Source of the DNA: Octopus sinensis
Lineage: Eukaryota
DNA length: 5,546 nt
Direction of reading: 5' to 3'
NCBI RefSeq assembly: GCF_006345805.1
Contig: NW_021829981.1
Location: 1 to 5,546 of the forward strand
The position numbers and the translations under genes were made by a program. Below, in pieces: positions 1-5,546 of this stretch (positions within the stretch are counted from its first letter, which is position 1; each line of letters starts with the position of its first letter). A model generated the notes under the pieces. That model was not told where the DNA came from, searched no databases, and saw only the letters and a program-made list of their open reading frames with translations.

Positions 1-178
1 AAAAAAAAAAAAAAGAAGAAGAAGAACAAGAAAGAAGAGAAGAAGAAGAAGAAAAAACGATGAGGAAAAGAGAAACACAGAAGAAAAAGAAAAAATGGCA
101 GAAGAAAAACGAGAAGTAGAGAACGTGAACGAGAACGAAGGACACAAACAAGAAAAATAATACCAAACAACAAGAATA
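1..178. repeat. Purine-rich low-complexity tract: (A)n/(GAA)n grading into AAC/AAT-rich sequence
   Basis: A poly-A start, repeated GAAGAAGAA units and almost no T until about position 158. Confidence 0.9.
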
Positions 179-270
179 ATGATAATGATAATTATGATGA
201 CGACGACGACGACGACGACGAGACGACAACGATGATGACGATGATGATGACGATGACAACGACGACGATG
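175..270. repeat. Compound trinucleotide microsatellite (GAT/AAT)n-(GAC)n-(GAT/GAC)n
   Basis: gataatgataattatgatgacgacgacgacgacgacgacgagacgacaacgatgatgacgatgatgatgacgatgacaacgacgacgatg. Confidence 0.92.
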
Positions 271-744
271 CTAAATAATAATGTTTAGAGCACAGGCCGT
301 TGAACTTGGTTGCAATAGCAAAGAACAGCATGGCTCAATATCTGAAGCCACCATTTTAAGAGAAAATCGTCTTTGATGCAAATTAATTGCTCCAGAAGGA
401 AGAAGCCTGACAGGAAGCGTTAGAACTTTCAAACGAAATACAAGATTATGCCATACATGCATCTGAAGAGAGTTTCCATGTATATAAATACTTTGAATTC
501 TAGTCTTATATCAAAGTCGTCGCAAATTATATTGTTTTGATTTTTTAGCTTTTTAAGAATATTTTTATTATTTTTTTTGTCCGAGATCTGTTAAAGACAA
601 TGTTAAGCATGTCTGTATATCTATCGGACTATCAGCGTCTTGCCGGCAGAAATTTCACTTGCGTTTTTTTATAGCATTCCTGTCAAATGAATTCTTGGGT
701 AGAAAGATGGGAAAGTTTCTAGGATATCGAAAACATAGGAGTTT

Positions 745-806
745 TAAGAGTCATTGTGAGTCAAACACACATGAGTCATTAAGAGACATTAAGAATCATT
801 AAGAAC
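745..806. repeat. Short degenerate 10-bp-period repeat (CATTAAGA core)
   Basis: CATTAAGA occurs at 777, 787 and 797 (exact 10-bp period), with related TAAGAGTCAT at 745 and TGAGTCA at 757 and 772. Confidence 0.7.
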
Positions 807-814
807 ATACATGG

Positions 815-835
815 ACACACACATACACATATATA

Positions 836-884
<49 letters not shown>

Positions 885-898
885 ACACAAACTCACAC
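815..898. repeat. (CA)n microsatellite
   Basis: Near-perfect CA run at about 838-879 with degenerate flanks. Confidence 0.97.
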
Positions 899-1100
899 TC
901 TAATATAAAATCCGTTCTGTCCGTATGTCTGTGTGTCTTCTAGGATCTCGCGCATCCTCCATCCGATTGCGCTCAAATTTGCTATGAAGATACCGACGGA
1001 ATCAGGGCGTGCATAAGTCTTGAAAAAATTACACAAATCAATTCCAGGTGAGAATGCGATCGATAAAGCCGTGGAAACGTGCACTTGTAAGCGCAAGTAG
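899..1100 (+). mobile_element. Possible non-autonomous Helitron-like (Lep1/DINE-like) fragment
   Basis: It begins TCTAATATAAAAT, followed by a GTCC/GTCT-like simple repeat (tccgttctgtccgtatgtctgtgtgtc) and CCGATTGCGCTCAAATTTG (963-981). This resembles the TCTA...AATATTATAAA / microsatellite / CCGATT...AAATTTG layout recalled for invertebrate non-autonomous Helitrons. A small hairpin ACTTG-TAAGCG-CAAGT lies at 1083-1098, but there is no canonical CTAG^T end, so the right boundary is uncertain. Confidence 0.4.
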
Positions 1101-1689
1101 ATCAGTGGAAATCCATCTTTTGCTGGTGTCTCAATTTTAGGTTACATCAGTGTTTCTCAAGGGGAGGCCCATGTTTTGAAAAAAATTTGGTTTAAATATT
1201 TGACAACTCAACACCGTCCATAGCGAATTTCCTCTCAGTCAAATTTGAATAATCTGTATAGTTACTTCATAAGTTTGATATCGTTTAATTCTTTTATTTT
1301 ATGCAAAATGAAACAAAAAATTGTGAAGCCTAATATTTTTCTGGTGATGTCGGTGATTACAAATAGCACTATTTCGTTTGTACTGGCAATCATTAGCGCG
1401 GTAAAGACTCTACACTGAACTTAATTATGTTAAATTCAACTTCCAATCAAATTAAGAGAAGAAAATAGAAGACCGTCCATAGTTTAAAGACATCTTTTTC
1501 TCTTTTCTTTTTAACTGTAATGCTTTAGCTGTTTACCAATAAAAAAACCGAGGCAATAAGAAAGTTCTTTCAGGAAAAGAAGAAACTATCCTAGCAGCTC
1601 ACCCTTTTAAAAAATGCTGTTATAAGTACGCATAATTAAATCTCAGAATGAGATTGAAACAGTAATCGCTCGATAATGTAAAGTATAGA

Positions 1690-1900
1690 AGCCATCTTAT
1701 CATGGCTAACCACATTGGGGAAGGGGTGTTACTGTAGCTTTATAGCCCCAAGAGATCTTCGTCTCTAGCTGGCTTTAGACACAATATCAGTGTCCTTGGA
1801 GTATTTGCAAAGGGAGGCCATCCCTTCCTCGCAAGCCTGAGTGATACGCTCGAACTAGTTTCGGGATTGCTGTCCCTCGTCAACGGGCGGTAACCACCAG
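1690..1900 (-). mobile_element. Hairpin-rich, hammerhead-bearing segment; putative Penelope-like-element pseudo-LTR or retrozyme-like repeat fragment
   Basis: The segment is GC-richer than its flanks, carries the hammerhead motif at 1837-1900 and contains four to five small inverted repeats. The link between minimal type I hammerheads and PLEs/retrozymes is established; assigning this copy to them is inference, and the boundaries are approximate. Confidence 0.45.
1837..1900 (-). ncRNA. Type I hammerhead ribozyme motif (minimal palindromic stem III; variant or decayed core)
   Basis: The minus strand reads CUGGUGGUUAC-CGCCCG [stem I 5', 1900-1884], UUGACGA [core, 1883-1877; canonical CUGANGA], GGGA-CAGCAA-UCCC [perfect 4-bp stem II], GAAA [1862-1859], C-UA-G-U [stem III, palindrome ACUAGU], U [N17, 1853], CGAGCG-UAUCACUCAG [stem I 3', 1852-1837]. 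Proximal stem I pairs 5 of 6 (one C.A mismatch), with further bulged pairing distally. Confidence 0.75.
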
Positions 1901-2168
1901 GTCGCGATGAAAGTGAAGGCTGCTTATTGTAAAAGCCACGAACTAGTCCGCAAGTATCGGTGATGAGTTAGAAACAATATCCTTTTTATTACCTAGGTAC
2001 AGTACTCGCTGTCATTTACAGTGGATGATGTTTGCAAAGGAACACATTATCGACGGGGAGCGAATTTCTTCGGCGACATATTTGAAGACCCCGTACTATT
2101 TCTTAACGTAGTCATCTTTTAATTCTTTCTTCCGTTATCAGTGTGTTTTTTTTTTGTTTGTTTGTGAT

Positions 2169-2180
2169 ACAAAGCAAAAT
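2169..2180 (+). repeat. Target-site duplication, left copy (ACAAAGCAAAAT)
   Basis: Identical 12-mer at 2169-2180 and 2483-2494, exactly flanking the SINE. Confidence 0.88.
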
Positions 2181-2482
2181 GTTTGTTCCTTCTCGAGCCA
2201 CGCCTGGCTCACAAGTGCCGGTTTCTCGGTTAACTTGGTGTATAGGTTCTTCACCTGGACGAGACACCGGTTAGTCGCAGGTGAGCTGCAACATGCAGAA
2301 GGAAAGAATGAGATAAAGCTGTGGCGAAAGAGTCAGCAGAAGTTCGTCATTACTTTCTGCCGGAACCGCGTGGAGCTTAAGTGTTTCGCCCACAAACACA
2401 CACATCGCCCGGTCTGAGATATGAACCAGAGCTCCCTCGACCGCGAGTCCGCTGCTCTAACCACTAGGCCATGTGCTTCCTC
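2181..2482 (-). mobile_element. Full-length tRNA-derived SINE (~302 bp), tRNA-Arg-like head; possibly related to octopus OR-type/CORE SINEs
   Basis: The minus strand starts GAGGAAGCACA-TGGCCTAGTGG (Pol III A box, 2471-2461) and has a degenerate B box GGTTCATATCT (2427-2417) at tRNA-like spacing. It also has a CORE-like GGGCGAAACACTTAAGCTCCAC (2391-2370) and a 3' end GAAGGAACAAAC, and is flanked by a perfect 12-bp TSD. The family name is from memory and unverified. Confidence 0.9.
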
Positions 2483-2494
2483 ACAAAGCAAAAT
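2483..2494 (+). repeat. Target-site duplication, right copy (ACAAAGCAAAAT)
   Basis: Matches 2169-2180 at 12/12. Confidence 0.88.
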
Positions 2495-2870
2495 AAATTT
2501 ATTAATTCATTTTCTTCTATTCAGCGCCGCACAAGTAGACAAGTGTTTTAGGTCGATATTTCGATTTCGTTTCGGAAAAGTATCAGTAGAAGGACAAATG
2601 AGCAAAAGAAATAATAACTTAAAAATTAAGAAAGAACACAATGAAGCATCGATATCTGTCCTTTTTTGGCTTATTTGGACGGAGGTTTCGTTTTGCCTAA
2701 CTCAGAACAGTATGGTGTTTAACTACATACATTTCTAGCATGATCTCCCCCAAATGTAATACCATAGCTACAACCGTTTCACAGCCCACATGTATTAAGT
2801 GTGTGCTATTTACAATGGTTATATTATTGAGTTGCTTCTAACACAAATTTGGAACATGTATGGATGCATG

Positions 2871-2886
2871 TATATAATACATTATA

Positions 2887-2926
<40 letters not shown>
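2871..2926. repeat. (TA)n microsatellite
   Basis: Interrupted alternating TA run. Confidence 0.96.
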
Positions 2927-2930
<4 letters not shown>

Positions 2931-3698
2931 TTCTCCATTCCTTGGTGTGTATTTACATAGACATGCATGTATGCATAATACATGTATACATGATGAAAGG
3001 TGAATAAACTCACAGGCAAAGAGGAAAATCACATGGATAGAAACGGATAAAAATATTTAGGAAGTATCAATAACAATAAGACCAACAATAACATATAACA
3101 TAACTATGTGAAAAAGCGGGGAGCTTGAAAAAAATATATAAAAAGGGAGATTTTAAACCAGCACTTTATATCACATTAAATTTGAACGCAATTGAGATGG
3201 AGAAAAATAAGTTGAGAATAGAGAGGAGGGAAATCATGAAAAGAAAATGGAAAAGATCAGTTTTAGAAGCGTGTCAAAATTTAGCAAACTAAAGCAAATC
3301 GATATCTCAGTGTTGGGAAAAAATATTATAATATAATATAATATGGTATAATGACTAGGATGGATTATACAAAAACACATCAAATAATTATAACTATAAT
3401 AGAAAGAGGAAATAATTTTACAGCATTGGAGAACAGTTTGGGAGGATAAATATATAAAATATAAAATTTTGGGGGAAAAAATTAGTGATAATAAATTAGT
3501 TAATAACAAAGAAAATTTACATATTACACTAATTTTGGACGTGTTTTAATTAGAGGAATAACATCTGATAATAATTAAAAAAAAGAAATTGTATGAAGGT
3601 AAAAAGGAGAAAAACACTATAATATCGCATATATGCGATGTAAAAGGGTATGAAAAACTGTCTGGAGATACATTAGCGATGTAAACAAAGGGATGTAA

Positions 3699-3793
3699 CC
3701 ACCACCACCAGTACCACCATTAACTAAAAAAACAACAACAGCAACAACAACAATAACGACGAGAATAGCAACGGCAACAACAGTAATCATAAC
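3699..3793. repeat. Compound (CCA)n/(AAC)n degenerate trinucleotide microsatellite
   Basis: ccaccaccaccagtaccacc...aacaacaacagcaacaacaacaataacgacg... Confidence 0.85.
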
Positions 3794-3835
3794 TGGAATA
3801 TTACATAAAAATAATATAACCGAGTAGTGTGTGAG

Positions 3836-3901
3836 TATATATATATATACATATATATATGTATATATATATAATTACATACACATATATATACTAAATA
3901 T

Positions 3902-3978
<77 letters not shown>

Positions 3979-3980
3979 CA
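3836..3980. repeat. Long interrupted (TA)n microsatellite
   Basis: About 140 bp of alternating TA with occasional CA/TG and single-base slips. It accounts for the Y/I-rich spurious ORFs at 3787-3981 and 3831-4166. Confidence 0.97.
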
Positions 3981-4612
3981 TGGCATGTTTATAATGGGTT
4001 AAAATATTATAACTATCGATGGAAGCATATTAAACGTTTGACGTACAAATTTGTTAGTGTTATTGATTCTTGCGAGAAGGAAATCTATTTTCATTTGTTT
4101 GTACGAACATTACGGTTTCGATTCTTGATTCAGTTGGAAACTGCATATTTGTTGCTTCGTTATTGAAATAATTCTTATATTAGATTACTGAAGTAAAAGA
4201 AGTTATCACTTGGCCATGGCACTGTATCAAGTTTGTCTAATTTCTTTCCTTGTGTAACGTGATTTTTGTCCTTGGCGAGCAACTGTGATTTCATATTTGC
4301 TTACCCACTGCAAAGTATTAAAAATGGCTAATATCACCTTCAAACTTTGCTCTTGTTACGATATCTATTCAAACCCCAAAAAGAATCCCTCTCACCACAT
4401 GGCTATGATGCTCACCTCACTCTTCCTCCTCATGTTCAGTGATACACAAATTTTACACTACTGAGAGACATGCTCAAGTGGCTAAAGTCAAGCCGCCGAC
4501 ATGCACATCTGTGGTGTTGAGTAGATTGTTTGCTATTACGATATTTTTGCTCTAGCAAATTGCGTTACATATTTCTGAAACTTCATGGAGGATATATCAG
4601 TTCGGATATATA

Positions 4613-4675
4613 GCTCGACTAAAGGCGGTGCTCGAGCATGACCGCAGTATAATTACTGAAACATATAAAAGAATA
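4613..4675 (+). mobile_element. Isolated SINE-like 3' terminal segment (copy 1, ~63 bp) followed by a (TACA)n tail
   Basis: GCTCGACTAAAGGCGGTGCTCGAGCATGACCGCAGTATAATTACTGAAACATATAAAAGAATA is 58/63 identical to 4958-5020. Confidence 0.75.
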
Positions 4676-4738
4676 CATACATACATACATGCATACATAC
4701 ACATACATACATACATACATATTACATATATACATATA

Positions 4739-4780
<42 letters not shown>

Positions 4781-4860
4781 ATATATATCAATATATATAT
4801 ATACATATGTGGTGTCTGTGTGGGTTGTGTGTGTGTGTGTGTGTTATATTTGTGTGTGCG
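4674..4860. repeat. Compound microsatellite (TACA)n-(TA)n-(TG)n
   Basis: Directly visible: TACA units at about 4674-4720, TA at about 4725-4803 and TG at about 4808-4860. Confidence 0.95.
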
Positions 4861-5020
4861 TGTTTGTTCCCCATCACGTCTCGTAACTTAGCAATTCGGG
4901 CTAAAGATACCGATAGAATAAGTATGAGGATTACAAAGAAAAGTCCTGGGTCGATTCGCTCGACTAAAGGCGGTGCTCGACCATGGCCGCAGTATAATTA
5001 CTGAAAACAATAAAAGAATA
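4805..5020 (+). mobile_element. 5'-truncated 3' half of an abundant octopus-type SINE (internal (TA)/(TG) tract plus 3' tail, copy 2)
   Basis: The (TG)n tract is followed by ...GTAACTTAGCAATTCGGGCTAAAGATACCGATAGAATAAGTATGAGGATTACAAAGAAAAGTCCTGGGTCGATTCGCTCGACTAAAGGCGGTGCTCGACCATGGCCGCAG..., which resembles the 3' half of a common Octopus SINE as I recall it (not database-verified). It contains tail hairpins GTCGA-TTCGC-TCGAC (4950-4964) and GCGGT...GCCGC (4970-4990). No A/B-box head is seen upstream. Confidence 0.65.
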
Positions 5021-5041
5021 CATACATACATACAAATATAT

Positions 5042-5077
<36 letters not shown>

Positions 5078-5111
5078 AATTAATATATCTGTATGTATGT
5101 ATGTATGTATG
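5019..5111. repeat. Compound microsatellite (TACA)n-(TA)n-(TGTA)n
   Basis: Directly visible; the outer tetranucleotide runs are reverse complements of each other. Confidence 0.93.
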
Positions 5112-5320
5112 CATTCGCCGTATGCATCTATATGTAGTATTTATATATGTATCACGGTAATGATGAACCTTTTGGGTGTTGTTATACTCACAATACCCAA
5201 AGCGCCTTAAATGCTTTTTTCACCGAGCCCTACAGAACCTGTGCTTACGGTATTCGTCTACCACATCGTCTGCTCCGCTACATTCTCGAATTAATGCATT
5301 CCGGGTATGTACACACTCTT

Positions 5321-5509
5321 CATTGGTGCTATGATAGTGCTACCTTTTAGTGGTACTGTATGAATTCTCCTACTGAATGGTACGACATGAGCTTCGCTTT
5401 TCAGTGGCATTACGTGAATCACGCCATTTTATGATACTATATTAATCCTCTTATTGTGTCATACTATATTGTTCATATTCAGAAATGATAATATTGAAAT
5501 TGTGCTTGG
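5321..5509 (+). repeat. Degenerate 27-bp tandem repeat, about 7 units
   Basis: Units start at 5321, 5348, 5375, 5402, 5429, 5456 and 5483, with in-phase TGG/TGA/TCA then TAC/TGC/CAT then TAT/TGT/TAC. ATACTATATT recurs exactly 27 bp apart (5434 and 5461). Confidence 0.7.
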
Positions 5510-5546
5510 GTGAGCCATAAGGTTAAAGAGCTTAAGGAAACGAAGG

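Noticed and set aside
271-510. ORF 271-462 (-) and stop-interrupted plus-strand frames (e.g. LLQKEEA*QEALELSNEIQDY)
   Set aside because: They are short and interrupted, with no recognisable family or convincing splice boundaries.
1148-1160. CAGTGTTTCTCAA, resembling a hAT/Charlie terminal inverted repeat
   Set aside because: No matching inverted partner (TTGAGAAACACTG) or 8-bp TSD was found in the window.
1213-1482. 11-bp direct repeat ACCGTCCATAG at 1213 and 1472 as a possible TSD
   Set aside because: The enclosed sequence has no recognisable element hallmarks, and one such match in a window this size is compatible with chance.
1959-1975. GTGATGAGTTAGAAAC as a plus-strand hammerhead core; also CTGAAGA at 463
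   Set aside because: There is no stem II pairing and no stem III/NUH or stem I partner.
2415-2482. Possible tRNA gene
   Set aside because: The B box is degenerate, there is no proper acceptor stem or poly-T terminator, and the sequence continues into a SINE body flanked by TSDs.
2154-2738. ORFs 2154-2417 and 2421-2738
   Set aside because: They overlap the antisense strand of the SINE and AT-rich flank, and show no recognisable protein features.
2864-2983. Imperfect direct repeat ATGCATGTAT(GC)ATAATACAT at 2864 and 2963
   Set aside because: It is built from low-complexity CATG/TA motifs next to a microsatellite and is not informative.
3030-3700. A-rich, purine-skewed tract and ORF 3234-3509 (-)
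   Set aside because: This is low-complexity composition; the hydrophobic F/I/L/Y ORF is a by-product of T-richness on the minus strand.
4297-4500. Splice-like motifs on the minus strand (TTTGCAG-TGG-GTAAGC; GAG-GTGAGC) and a short hydrophobic plus-strand peptide MAMMLTSLFLLMFSDTQILHY*
   Set aside because: No consistent open exon could be built, and such motifs are expected by chance.
3787-5004. Y/I/H/V/C-rich ORFs (3787-3981, 3831-4166, 4597-4806, 4628-4891, 4689-4886, 4807-5004), and likewise 2838-3032
   Set aside because: They are translations of stop-free (TA)n/(TACA)n/(TG)n microsatellites and SINE sequence.
1-5546. CRISPR array or prokaryotic system
   Set aside because: There are no regularly spaced identical repeats with unique spacers and no gene-dense ORFs; the sequence looks eukaryotic.

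Overview
This is AT-rich eukaryotic non-coding DNA (intronic or intergenic), dense in microsatellites and retroelement or transposon remnants. The repeat content suggests a cephalopod, probably Octopus; this is inferred from recalled SINE sequences, not from a search. No convincing protein-coding gene is present, and most listed ORFs are microsatellite or SINE artefacts. The best-supported features are four. (1) A type I hammerhead-ribozyme fold on the minus strand at 1837-1900, with a minimal palindromic stem III as in Penelope-like-element/retrozyme hammerheads, inside a ~210-bp hairpin-rich segment. (2) A complete tRNA-derived SINE at 2181-2482 (-), flanked by a perfect 12-bp target-site duplication. 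(3) A SINE-like 3' tail present twice, 345 bp apart (4613 and 4958). (4) A cryptic, degenerate 27-bp tandem array at 5321-5509 that reads as a 9-codon xWYY[MI]N-like repeat. A possible non-autonomous Helitron-like fragment lies at about 899-1100. Irregular single-base breaks in the (TA)n tracts may be read or assembly errors, so single-base conclusions need confirmation.
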